Origin: Hydrolagus colliei
Taxonomy: Eukaryota
Direction of reading: 5' to 3'
Length of the DNA stretch: 64,000 nucleotides
NCBI GenBank assembly: GCA_035084275.1
Contig: CM068760.1
Coordinates: forward strand, 2,294,001-2,358,000
Positions 11,915-24,400 of the stretch are shown here, in pieces. The notes beneath the pieces are model-generated. The model was given only the letters and a program-made list of their open reading frames with translations, did not search any database and was not told where the DNA came from. Positions within the stretch are counted from its first letter, which is position 1. Each line of letters starts with the position of its first letter. Made by a program: the position numbers and the translations under genes.

Positions 11915-13318
11915 CGCTATTGATTGGTAGAATCTCAGCACGCGTCCTTGGGACGTCTACCCGACGTGAAAGGCGCTTTATAAGTTTAAGTTGTTGCTTC
12001 CATCCATTATAAAGCCCACAACCAATGTTGAGTAGCTCGAACATAATCAATATAACATTACATCAGATATAGAGCTTCCTTAGAATTTTCCTTTCACTTC
12101 TCCCTGTATTTCTTTCAATTAGTCTCCTTTTAACTTTTGGTTTTGCTGGTTAGATAGAGCCTGGCTTCCACTTCAAGTTTTTTAAATGCCCTTTTGCATT
12201 TCAGCTTTTTAATTGACTTCCTTTGAACTCTTGTTCAAACGCGCTCCGCGCCTTCCCTTTTGTTCAAGGCTCTTTTTCTCTCTGTTCCTTTTCTCTGCGC
12301 CTGTGACATGACTGATGATTGCTCACCATTCTTTCTTTTAAATGAACCATTTTCCAAAACTCATCTGTAAATCTCCTTCTCCAGCGATTGTTCTCTCGCT
12401 TGCTCAGGATTGAGGTTTTGACTCCCTGGCTTTTAACACATATTCTCCTCTTCTCTTTCTCTTCTTTGCCTTCTTGGGAGACGCACTATCACTGCTCAAA
12501 AGGTCAGGCAGATGCTCTGCTCCCAGGCCTCTATCAACAAGGGTCTCACACCAAACTTTAGGGGGAATGGCCTTGGTGATCATCACTTGAACCTCCCCTC
12601 TCCCTGTAACAAAGTGTCCTGCATTCAACAGAGGTGAGATCAGCGACCGAGAGAGACACGGGTCTGCATGCCACCCAGACAGCTTAAACAAGACTTTGGT
12701 TCTTCTCCTACATCAGAGATCTCTGTTGCTGAGGATACTGAGGGCAACACCCCTCTCGCATTCCCCTCAATATTCCCAGGTCTTTTACTCCTCAACCTCT
12801 GCCACCACTCCTATTAACTAACTGTCAACTAGCTGTGTGTATGCATGCCTGGAAAAAGAGTGGTGTGCGGATGAGGGATGTGGATAGGTGAGGCGTGTGT
12901 GTATGTGTGTATGCATGAGTGTGTGTATGTGGTAGGAGCACCTCGAGTCTTTCAATTGCTCTGGTCATTGAGATTTTAAAATTGCTTTCAGCTCCTGCAA
13001 AAATCACACCATTCCTAACTAGCAAAGGCATTTTTTAATGTATCCCAATTCTCCCTATTAGGTCCTGTTAAAGCTGCTGCTTAGTGTGGATGGTGTGGCT
13101 CAGCTGCTTCTGTCGTTGCAATCCTCAATCACATTTCAAAGCACCTTCAGCCAGTCAGAATCACATTATACTTCTACAGGATCAAGTATCCCTCTGATGC
13201 TCCCCGTGCTTCCAAGTAAATAATTCATTAAAAAAAGGCAGATACTTTGTGAAGAGGAAGGAGAAAGCATTCTGTAGCTGCTCAACGATTTCCTTGCTCT
13301 GAACTAGAGCAAACATAC

Positions 13319-13382
13319 ACAACAACAACAAAATTACATTTGTATAGCGCCTTTCATGTTAGGACGACGTCCCAAGGCGCTG
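13319..13382 (-). mobile_element. Solo ~60-bp L2 3' stem-loop tail (representative of about a dozen copies)
   Basis: Matches the tail at 17657-17718 with no upstream LINE sequence. Other copies near 9355, 11938, 24047, 28753, 34842 and 34910, 35900, 37210, 38633, 41748, 42415 and 46441. Confidence 0.75.
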
Positions 13383-13555
13383 AAACACATTTGGGACTTG
13401 TGCGCGCATACACACACACACACCCCACACCTATTTCTATCTCCTTATGTCTGAAATTCCATTTAGCCTTAAATTGCAAGAATAATTTGCATTAAAATCT
13501 AAGATCTCACAGAGTGATGAAAAACTCAGTTTGAATTGAATAACCGTTTCTTTTC

Positions 13556-13745
13556 AAGAACAAAATTACACTTGTCTAGCTGTACAGTCGGGAGGATGTC
13601 CCAAGATGCTAAACAGTCAGTGTTTTGCACCCAAATTGGAGGTCGGTAATGGGGAGGGGTGGGTGGGGGGAGGTACGGTTGAAGAGGAAGGTCTTGAGAT
13701 GTGTCTTGAAGGAGGCAAGGGAGGGGGCGAGGCAGAGGGACTGTG
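13556..13745 (-). mobile_element. L2 LINE 3' end
   Basis: Encodes SLASFKTHLKTFLF followed by a degenerate stem-loop tail. Confidence 0.7.
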
Positions 13746-14559
13746 GAAAACAAACTTTTGAATTTGGAATGATTTGAAGAGTTTGACACTGATTTGCAAG
13801 ATCTGACATTTTAGACAAAATGGTCTTATAAACTTTTCTCCCTCTCTCTTCTCTCTGCTCCAAGGTGGAATCAATTTCTTCCCCTCAGCCCCTGCCTGTG
13901 ACCAGCAGACACCTACTGCACACACCAGACAAGACTCAATCCACTGCCCTCTTCAACACTGTCCAACATTTGGTTCTTCATATATGGCTTGCTGCTGTTT
14001 TTGACAACCCACAGTCACTACACTCGACATCAATTACTTGCAAAAACTCTTTGGAGATTTTGTAACCTGATAGACATTGTATCAAATGATTAATCTGCGC
14101 CCATTCCCACCCCGTTGAGCAGGCTGCTATGTATCTCAGTGGTTTTTTATTAGTTTGTCTGAAATATATTCCACAACAGAGCCTTTTGAAAGGAGTCTGC
14201 TGCAGAACGGAGTCATAATATTACAGTTTAGCATAATCAAGGTCATACACACAATAATAATAATAATCACCCCTGGCTGGGCTTCACTATTGTGCTCAGA
14301 GCATCAAGAATACTTGGAATTTCAGAAGCTGAGATCCTGGGAAACTTTAAAAACAAACAGAACCGACCCAGCTCTGCTTAATCAAGCATTTCATTATCAT
14401 TGTTTTGTTGAAATTGGCTTCATTTCTCATTGTCATCTTTTGGTGCCTGAGAGCGTGTCACATTAGATGCCATTGTCCTGACTGATACAACTGTCGGTAA
14501 AAGTTTTTACCGTAATTGTACCTCAAAGAAGTTTTGATGAGATAAGGCACTATAAGAAT

Positions 14560-14750
14560 GCTACAAAAATGGAAATCGCTAGGAACGCTCGACAGGTCAG
14601 GCAGCATCTATGGAGAGAGAGGAAAAGTGAGTCAACGTTTCGGGTCCACGACCTGAAAACATTGACTCACTTTTCCTCTCTCGATAGATGTTGCCTGACC
14701 TGCTGAGAATACCCAGCGACTTCTGTTTTTGTTTCAGATTTCCAGCATCT
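14560..14750. mobile_element. Palindromic (inverted) derivative of the same Penelope-like repeat
   Basis: Arms CAGGTCAGGCAGCATCTAT...GGAAAAGTGAGTCAACGTTTCGGGTC and GACCTGAAAACATTGACTCACTTTTCC...ATAGATGTTGCCTGACCTG around a 3-nt centre at ~14648. Confidence 0.7.
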
Positions 14751-15947
14751 TCAATCATTTGCGTTTTGACTATAAGAATGCAAGTTCTTTAAGTTGTCTA
14801 TTACTATTAAAAAATACTTTAAAAAAATTAAACAAAAGGTACGTTTTGTCAATAGAGATATAGGATGGAGGAAGCCTTTTATCACCGGAGACCAACAGAG
14901 AGAGGCACAGAGCAAACACTGAGCTGCAGGAAATTCTGGAGGTTCAGAGTTCAAAATCTCCTCTCAACTGGCATTCCCTTCAAAGGGAAAGCTTCACAAG
15001 TCTTGCCTAAGGTGTGCAAGCGAGAAAGGGTGGGGCTCTGGTCATTAAGGAAGGTTGTTGGCTGATCATTAGCCAGTGCTGTCTGTTGGGAAGGAAGTCC
15101 CGCAGACAGGTGAGGAACTGACAGCTAATCCTTTCACTCCCATTATCAGAAGAATGACTCATCTTCACCGTGTCTGCTCACAGTAACAGGGCATTGTTTT
15201 GCCTTGGTCCTCAGTGTGTTCCTGTTGCTGGAGGATCACAGATATGATCTGACATGCTGTCCATTGGACACCCAGACACAAACTCCTTCTGAACGGTAAC
15301 TCTGCAGACAGTACCTTTTACTGTTTGTTTAACAGCTCTCGCGCTGTGTGTGTGCTGCCCTATGTGGACGGGAAACTCCTACGTGGAAGGACTTTGGCAC
15401 TTCAGAGATGAAAACTCTTAAGAACTCCTTAAGGAAACTGTAAACTGAGGCGGTTCTCACTTTATTCACACACACCCACACAGACACATGCACACGCAAG
15501 CATATATACATGAACACACACACACACACACACTAACTGTAGGGTCGTCTCGTCCAGTCGTTTTATTCACTGGATTGTACCCCAGCTGCTTACAACATGT
15601 TGTATTTATAAATTTTCATCAAAGCATGTCTTGGCAGGAGCCAGTGAGTTGAGCAGGTCACCTTTATGTTATGTTGGGAAGTCTCACTGCCTCTCTGCAC
15701 GGAGATGGCGTTTTGTGTCCAAACTAAACAATAAGGTTTAGTAACGTCCTAGGAAATCTGTCCTGGGACAGCTTCTGTACGGAGGAGCTGCTGAAAGCGT
15801 TTGCACCTCTCCAGAGTATGATGGGTGTCCCACCAACCAACCCTCCTTGTGTCTTTCACAGCACAAATAATGGAATGAATGGAAATTTCAAAGTGCGATT
15901 TCTGAAGGAAACAATGCAAGCTGGAGTGAGTCTGGAATAACCATTAC

Positions 15948-16037
15948 CTGTTCCTGCACCTCGAGCTCCCTGTGCTGCAGCTTTTTCTCCAGCACATGTC
16001 GCTGACTGCCACCGTTTTCAATCTCACTCTCCAGGTT
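15948..16037 (-). CDS. CEP112: CEP112 coding exon (90 bp, NLESEIENGGSQRHVLEKKLQHRELEVQEQ)
   Basis: Acceptor cttccattcag, donor CAG|gtaatg. Matches EKKLQHKELESQEQ. Translated by hand. Confidence 0.92.
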
Positions 16038-17449
16038 CTGAATGGAAGATCAACAGAAAGAGTCAGGCTCGGGCAACGCTACATTAACCTTCAAGCAGCC
16101 AAAACGATGTCGGAGCTGTAATAAAGGTCTCCAGTAAACAGTACACAAATACTACAGAAGTACGAACGTTTCGGGGGAATGATGGAGAAAAATACACATC
16201 TCCTTTGTTTAAACTACACTCTTTACAACAAGAGAGGACTTGAAAGGAAGCCAGATAAATAGAGACTAGGAACATCTCAAACTTGACCTTGGAAACCAGT
16301 TTGAAGAAACCTACGAAGATATTTGGATTTATTTTCTGACTATGAGATTGAATATTTCAAGTCTAAAGCACCCATCAACAACCAGATTCCCACACATGCT
16401 GCCAAGTGCAATTGCAAAAGGGTTCAGTCTTTCTGGGAACTGAGTTTCTGAATGGGTTTATGTACGGAGAGGGCGCGAGCTCTCCACTTCACCCTTGCTA
16501 AGGATGGCAAAAAGGGTGCATCATACAAACCACTAGACTCTTCTGATGGAGTCAGTGCAATAAAATGACACTGTAATTTGTTTAGTCAGGATTAAAGGCT
16601 TCTTTGAACAATCAAATCTTTTATACATTGCACATCAGAAATATGTTTAGCAAAACCACAATAAATGCACAGTCTTTAAATATAAAAAGCACCAGCGATC
16701 TCATGGCTTTAACGCAACCCACATGTTACATTTCACATGTGGCGACATTCCTCCGTGATGGGAATTCTCTGCTGCACAACACAGTATTCCGCTGAGCCAG
16801 AGTGCTTTGATATCACAAGGTTTCTCGACGTTTCCGTGACTCGACAAAGAAAAAGCAACAGGATTTATTTACTTATTGATGGGCTGGAGCAGATTTGTTT
16901 TCGCGGCCTGCTGTGCCTTGTTTAGTGAGGACTCCGAATGGCCGGCTGGCTACCTGCTTATAAAGAGTTCAATGTTAATCTAACCCGTCAATAATTAACA
17001 GTGCCGCATTTGAACAGTCCCACCAAACACCGAGGGAAAGAAAAAGCTCGGTCTGCAGTCAGCTCGCTGTGAAAGTGTGCAAACAGCAGCTCCCCTCTCC
17101 AGTGATAGCGCCGACTCTCAGGTAGGCAGCCTGGCAGCGAACAACATCACTTCTTGGGTGAGCTGTAAACATCAGCAACATGGCCGCTGTCACTTAAGAC
17201 TTGCGCTTCGAACTCAGGAAGTGTTTTGGCGGGCTATGGGATCTGGGTCTGAAATTCTCAGGACTCATTCCCTTAAAATCAGTCTTAATCTGGACAGTAA
17301 ATTCCACCGTGTTGAAAACAATTAGGGCTGTTTTTCCAAAATACTGCACAATAGTCTTAAGTCTAAGAACGTTAGATATTTGGGATCCTGGAATCCTCCT
17401 CTTCTCCCCTTGCGTGAAACGTCATTTATAGTTTAAAAAAAATAGCTTG

Positions 17450-17900
17450 CTCTGGGTCTCTGCTGCTCCTTCCGCCCCAACCTTCAGCCACAGTGCCTCC
17501 ACATTCGGGAACCTCCTCCATCAACATTGCCTCAAGACTCTCCTCTTGTCTCAACACTCTCCTCTTCGATGGACCCATCGACAACTCCTTATCGCCCCCC
17601 GCTTCTCTCCTCCCCGCTCCCTCATCCTCAGCTCGGGTCTGAAGCAGTAACTGTCCAGCGCCTTGGGACGTCCTCCTGACTTGAAAGGCGCTATACAAAT
17701 GTAATTTTGTTGTTGTTATTTCGTTCTCCCCATGTCTATCTTCAAAGGACACCTAGAAGCCTATCTTTTGATTGTGCCTACAGTCATCTCACTCCTAAGT
17801 TGCCACCTCACCCCTGCCCGGTAGCTGAGACAGTCTCGGTGAAGTATTCCAAAATACCACCAGAGTGAAGGGCACTATGTAAAGGCACGTTGTTGTTGTT
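17450..17900 (+). mobile_element. Two consecutive L2 LINE 3' ends
   Basis: The first ends CAGCGCCTTGGGACGTCCTCCTGACTTGAAAGGCGCTATACAAATGTAATTTTGTTGTTGTT (~17657-17718). A second, more decayed copy ends in (TTG)n near 17900. Confidence 0.7.
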
Positions 17901-20424
17901 GTAAAGCACTCCAAGATGTTACTCTACATAAAGCTAGTTACCAAGTCTGTCTGAAGTTTCCAGAACATTTATCACATCTGCACGAGTTTGATGTCTAATC
18001 TCGAGAAAAGACGCATAGCAAAACTAAAGCAACAGTTAGAGGATGCTGACATGTGGCAGACACAGGAAATAAATATGAATGGAAATCAAAGAGATAGATT
18101 TGAGATAGATTCTTTTGTTGCCTGAGAAACAAAGCTCGTAAGCAACATGGAATTCCTTTCATCTCAAATTAACAAAAAATACTCCAGAGAAAAGCCCACA
18201 TGAAAGATATCTCGAAGAGGAGAGACGAGTGTGACTGGGGATAAGTGCTCGGAGCGGATATCAGGGGTCTGGCAGAGCAGCCAGCAATGGAAAGGGGAAT
18301 GGAGGTTGGATCTTGTGAGAATCGAACGAAGATTCCCACAGGACCTGGCTGGAGATCTTCATGCGTTTTCAAGAGTTGGTGTGAAGCAGAAAAGGGCACA
18401 AAGAACAAAGGCGGGCTGGAAAACTGGTCAGCTCTCCACAACAGAGGCAGAATAAGGGAAAGATAACAGTAATACTCAGCAGGTTTATTTTGGAGTATGG
18501 ACTGCTGAGGGGCATGAAACCTCGTAGAAACTTCCATATGTCTTACCTTCTCAGTTCTCCCTCTTCCCCTACCCTTAATGGTTATGCTTCAGGGCGTGTT
18601 AGTGCAAAACCAAACGGTGCTGGATTTCCATAAGTAAGATTTGCCATATATTAACCTCACTCCCACAGCAGGGTGGCCAAGATAGGGAACTCGTGGGTGG
18701 GTTGGAAGGAAGCGAATTAAAGCTACGTTCATTCCAAGCACTGATGCTTCACCTCGCTGTGTAACCAAGATACCCACAGATTTCTATTGCGGAACGATGT
18801 CAAGTAACAGCAGACGGAATTGTCTCAAGTTCCTGCAGCAATGTTATTGAAGAACCTGTAGCGTCCACCTGCTCGACAGCAATAGGTGTGTTTTGATTCC
18901 TCACGCGAGACCAGCCAAAAGCTGAACGAGTGATATCGAGATGACGCCAAATTAACAGATTCTTTCAAAACAAAAGTGTTTAGTTAAATGTGGTCAACAG
19001 TAGAGAAGCAGGTAAGTAAGTAAGAGCTATGTATGAAGAAGTTTGACTGTAGAGAACGGAAAGGATTTAGGGGTAGTGACTATAAAGGGAAGGTGTATAG
19101 TGTTAAGCTGTACACTAGTGCGCATTTTTGCAGAGTAATCTGAGCTGCTTCAATGAAACAAACAGAACGATCTCACATTCCTCCTGGAAAGCCACCTGTG
19201 GGAAGCTTCCGATAATAGTCATAGCTTCATTTATTCCTGATCGCAAACATTTAAGAGGAACTGCAGTCACTTTGCAAACTGTTTTTTTTTTTTGGGGGGG
19301 GGGGGTAGAAATGGATAATCACCCCCTCACATTTGCTTCCAGCAGAGTTAGAATGCTTGAAGTTCAATGGTATTTTGGTTGTGCTTCTCTGATCTCCATC
19401 TCAACACAGAATTACAGGCACCAGGTAAAAGGATTATTCATGATGCCTTCAGCAGTATTAAGAAACAGAATAATAGAGCAGGGAATATTCAATGGTTTAG
19501 AGCTTTTCTTCTCAGAGTGTGCCCCAGGATCTTAAACACAAGAGTCCAGCAGGAGTCTGACTTGAAGACCTTTCTTTCTGTGTAGAATGTCCAAAAGGCA
19601 TTCCTAACAATAACACGTTTCAAAACTCTTGAACAATTGCGGTAAACTCTGCAGCCCAATCACCTCGTGGCCATTTGTGGAGCAAATAGTAAGCCGCTAC
19701 ACTTGGCAGTAATTACCACACTCAGATGTTTCGACATAATAAGACACTGTAAAAATCTAAAGAAAAATTATTTCTGAATCTCATTTCATTGTATAATACA
19801 ATAAAATGTTTTTTCTGCCCCTTCATTGATCAACCTGCTTGTGACATAAACTTAAAAGCAAATGCAATTACCATATTAATAGCCATTGCCTGTTGTACAC
19901 AATGGAATCACACCACTTAAAACCAAACACTTTCAGGGGAGAAATGTTCACTTGGCAAAGGTCCAGGTCAGGAATGATTTGTAAGTCTACCTGACTGACC
20001 TTAAATTCAAATACACTGCTCAGAATCCAGGAAGTTCAAGCACAGAGGGAGGCTGTTTAGTTATTGTGCCTGTGCTTGTACTGTACTGTACTCGCTGCAG
20101 AAATCTCTTTACTTTTCACATCTCTTTAGAACTTCATTCAAAGCGCTTATTTGTGTGTCTGTGGGGGGGGGGGGGGAGGGGGCGGGATTCAAAACATAAT
20201 GCAACCCAATTTTATTTTCAGTCAGCTGGGTCATCCGACACATGCGGAAGCCCATTATTGTGCTTAGGATTCAGACCAATCTGAGAGTTTCTGTGCATGT
20301 TCACCAGCCCAAGAAAATTCCTGGGCAACCCAGTGACTTGTGGGTTCAGGTCTATCCTGGTGTGGTGCTGAGCCAGGCAAATTCACAGCTGGAAGGTATG
20401 ACAAACATTCTTGTGTTAAATGAA

Positions 20425-20560
20425 ACACAAAACACTACAGATGCTGGGAATCTGAAACAAAAACAGAAGTTGCTGGGGAAACTCAGCAGGTCAGGCAGCA
20501 TCCATAGAGAAAGGAAAATGAGTCAACGTTTCGGGTCTGCAACCCTGCATCAGAACTGGG
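20425..20560 (-). mobile_element. Penelope-like element terminal repeat fragment with a degenerate minimal hammerhead ribozyme motif
   Basis: Minus strand reads AGTT CTGATGC A GGGT TGCAG ACCC GAAA CGTT GACT, followed by GATGCTGCCTGACCTGCTGAG...CCAGCA. Shares sequence with 14560-14750. Confidence 0.6.
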
Positions 20561-21335
20561 GCTTGTTAGAGTTAAATGAACTAACGTAGCCAGGATCACA
20601 ACAATTAACCTGCATCCTGGGGTGGGGGGGGGAAACAACTTGGGTTCCCGCTGTTGATTGCTATTTAATGATCCCCGCTGGAAGGTGTGCAGCATCAGCC
20701 TGTAAGGGCAGGAATGTAGGGAACATGGTGTCTGTGTTTGACCTCTGCATTTATTTCTAATTGATTATGTCACCATGGAAACCTGTATTGCGTTTCCCTA
20801 TCCCTGACTGAATTCCCAATTCTCTGAGTGCTTCACATTAACCACAGATCAGACCTGAATTGGAAATCATATTAATAATCCTTACATTTGATACAGCACC
20901 AATAATGGCAAAACAAAGTGCTTCACGTGGAATTGTTGTCACAAGTAGTGACTGTGTATTTCTAAGTAAACGTAGACAACCACTGGTATATTGCAAAGTC
21001 CCACAAATAGCCATAAAGTGAATGAACTGATCTTTAATGATAACCTGAGCAGGCAGACCTGACCTCAGTTTAACGTTTCAACTAAAGCACGTGGCACCTT
21101 TGACAACTGGCCCGGAGAGTCAGCCCAGACTGTGGGCTTCAAGGTCCCAATGTGAGCACGAACCCGTGAGCACGTGGGGATAGAGCTTACATCTCCGCAG
21201 AGCTCTGAGCATTCTCTGTCTGCCTGGATGTACAAATACTATTGGGAATCCACGGCCACAACCAGAGGTGTTGCCTGTGCAATCAACACTTGCAATACAA
21301 GTGCAACGCTGGGTGTTAAATACCCCTTTGGTTAC

Positions 21336-21485
21336 CTTAATAACTCTATCATTATCTCTAATCAGCAGCCTCTTCTCATCTTCAAATCTTCCCACAGCTT
21401 CTTGGTGCTGTCTCTCCGCAGCCAGCTGCTGACGACTGTTCTCTTCTCTCAAGGTTGAAATGGCAGCCTGAAGCTCAGCTATAGT
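21336..21485 (-). CDS. CEP112: CEP112 coding exon (150 bp, TIAELQAAISTLREENSRQQLAAER...DNDRVIK)
   Basis: Acceptor cctttcag, donor AAG|gtaacc. Matches IIAELQTTISSLKEENSQQQLAAERR...FEDEKKQLIRDNDQAIK. Confidence 0.94.
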
Positions 21486-24400
21486 CTGAAAGGAAAACAG
21501 TAACTGAAAATCCCTGTTGCTTAAACATAGCTATTTGCTTTAGTTTGAAAATGCTTTGAAGCGCGATAATAGCTGCAGAAATATTTGAAACTGTATTTAT
21601 CAGCTGCCAAACGCGGAACAGATTCAAACTTTCTCAGGATCTGTAATTGTGGTGGAATTTGCAGAGGATGGGAATGTGCGTGCTCTCTCAGCACCGTGAG
21701 ATTCCACATTAACAGGTACCGCGCACATGAAGTGGCCGCAGCATATTGCTTCAACTCACTTTGGTTCAGAGAGTTTTTTGATGAACCCAGTGGTAAAATA
21801 ATTGCTCTCGACCTGAATCAAGTACGACCAAAATATACCGTAATGTAGTCTAGCGATGGCACAAAAGCTATCCAAGGAACCTTAATCAAAACGGTGAACT
21901 GGTGCTCTGGGACGCCCAAGCAAAAGACAAGGTAACACGCCTCACCATAACCTAACGCCCGCACACACACCCCGTGCTTTACAGTACTCTCATTGTTCTG
22001 GCTGTGCTTAAAACAATGGGGGACTGACGAGATGAAAGGTAAAAACAAGGTAGACACATCTCAGAACTAGAGTTAAGCCAATGAGAAGGGAATTCAGAAA
22101 ACATTTGATTCCACCCCCTGACAAACAAGGGTTTTAACCTCCAGCGTGGTTGGGCAAGCGAGGCCGCCACACCAGGGCACTTAGCCACTGAGCGCATGGT
22201 TAGCAGTTACGGGCACAGATGCCAGGCAGCATTGAGAACATCCCGAAGAGTGGATTGGGAAAATATCTACGAGGGAACAGTGACCCACCCATCGCGATTT
22301 GTGGGATGAATGGAAGCCTCTGTGGTATGTGGTATTTATGAAAAATTATTAGCTGTGATTGATGACTGATGCCATTTACATACTGTGCGAGCTATAAACC
22401 CATCAAATACCAACGTTCTGTTACTATAAATTTACTACAAAAAGATCTGTTAGGAAAAAGCAGGGGGAAAAAAAATCTAATTAACCGCAACAAGTTAAAG
22501 CTTTGGTTTTGAAATTTCTGATATATCTTCTGAACTGGCTTGAGATATGAAAACCACTGGTGATTCTGCCTGTCAGCATTAGTACTCCTAGTACTGCACT
22601 GAACATGGTTGTCAGTTCATTAATCACTACCCAGCTGCACAAAGAGGAAAGCTATGGAGCTGGTATTTTGACGTCAACAGATCCATTCAATGTTAAAAGG
22701 TTGTATGTGGACATTACGATTCATTGTTTAACTATCTTTAGCATTAAAGTGCAGGCACATAAGAACTGTCTGATGGCGGGTGGGGGGGGGGGAGAGGGGG
22801 AAGGAATGAGCATTCAGCTCATGTCTGTGACATGCAGGAAGAAGGCTAAAGATTAGACAAGTCTTCTTCCTGCGTGTCACAGATTTTCAGATCAACATCA
22901 ACAACAATATACACTTGTGTAGGATGAAACTTCACAAAGCATTTCACAACAATGGGGATCACAGGGAGGAATTGAGGGGGAGTTTGAGGATGTTGACAAA
23001 AAGCGTGATAGGACTTTAAGAGTTATCAAGAGGTGCCACATAGGATGATTCAGCCTAGAAACAAGGCCATTCAGACCAACTTGTTTGTGCCAGTATATAT
23101 ACTCCACAGGCACCTCAAGCCCTCCTACTAATCTTGTCAAGATGAAGGGATTTGGGGATAGAATCTAAGAGAGCGTGGGTATGGTAGCTAAAGGCTCAGA
23201 CATAGTTTGTGGGATTGAGACCAGAGGGGAGGAGTATGCAACCAGAGAAAACACCTGGATAGGGAGCGTGAGTCACAGTTATTGGAAGTCTTGATTTCTA
23301 AAAAATCTTCAGTTCTACAAGATGTGTCGATCTTGGGTGCGTCTGCACGAGAGACAAGAGGATGGTGCTGGTACTGGGAGGGACGTGCTGACCTGGGGAG
23401 ATAAGTGGTCCTATCTTGGCAGCAGCACTAGGGAAGGAAGTGGTGGAATCAGGAAATGGTGGTTGATAAGAGGAACGACTGTGAAGAGGCTATATTGGTA
23501 GTCTGCTCCAAGTAAAGATCAGTTCCCTCTCTTGTTCCTGTAAAATGTATCTGCTGCAGAATTTTTCTATTTACTTAAAATGGTGTAAATGTAGGAATAT
23601 TATCCATCTATTTTCTGCTCATCACCCAGCCGCTGAACTTCACACCATTAGCAAGTAAGAGTAAAACATGCTTATACAGCTAAGCATCTTTCAAGTCGGG
23701 GTGATGAATGAAAGTGCTTCACACGAGTGACTAGGAGCCTGAGTTAGGGGTGGGGGAAGCAGAACTGGGAGGCAAACGATGGCCAAAGACACAGTCGGAG
23801 AGATAGGTCTTAAATCTCAATCATTACATCATCATGCTGGGAAAGTCAACACTGCTTCCTTTCAAATAACAAAAGCTAGATACCACAAACCGGATACAGC
23901 CTGTACTTAACTTTTGGGCTGTAATTTAAAGTCTGCCTGAAAACTGGCTTAAATTGAGATCATGTAGAAATTTGGAAATATTCAGTTTGATTAAAACAGC
24001 TTCCAAATTCTTGCTGAATTTAAGAATTTTCCAAAATTCTGCACAACTACAACAACAAATTACATTTATATAATGCATTTCATATCGGGACGATGTCCCA
24101 AGCTGCTATACAATATCAAAGGAACAGTCTTCAGGCTAGGTGTAAGACATTTCAGGCTTCTGAATTCAATAGCTTGTCAGCTCACGATACACAAGCTAAG
24201 TCCAATCTCACCACCAACTATATTAAGTGTTCTTCAATTTTTCATTGTGCTGTGGGAAGCTAAGGCAAGGCAGTTGACACATAAATGACATAGTGGGGTT
24301 GAAAGAGCCTTTGACCAGGAGAAATGCTGAATCTTTTCCTGTTTTACGGCCATTTGTTCCCATTTGAGCTTGAAACTGAAGAAGATTTTTCAATGTAGAC

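Noticed and set aside
12060-12830. Purine-rich, K/E-like stretch on the minus strand that could be an extra exon or an NLS (PKKAKKRKRR)
   Set aside because: It contains stops, has no clear splice sites, and the flanking CEP112 exons join without a gap. It may be decayed LINE sequence, but I cannot assign it.
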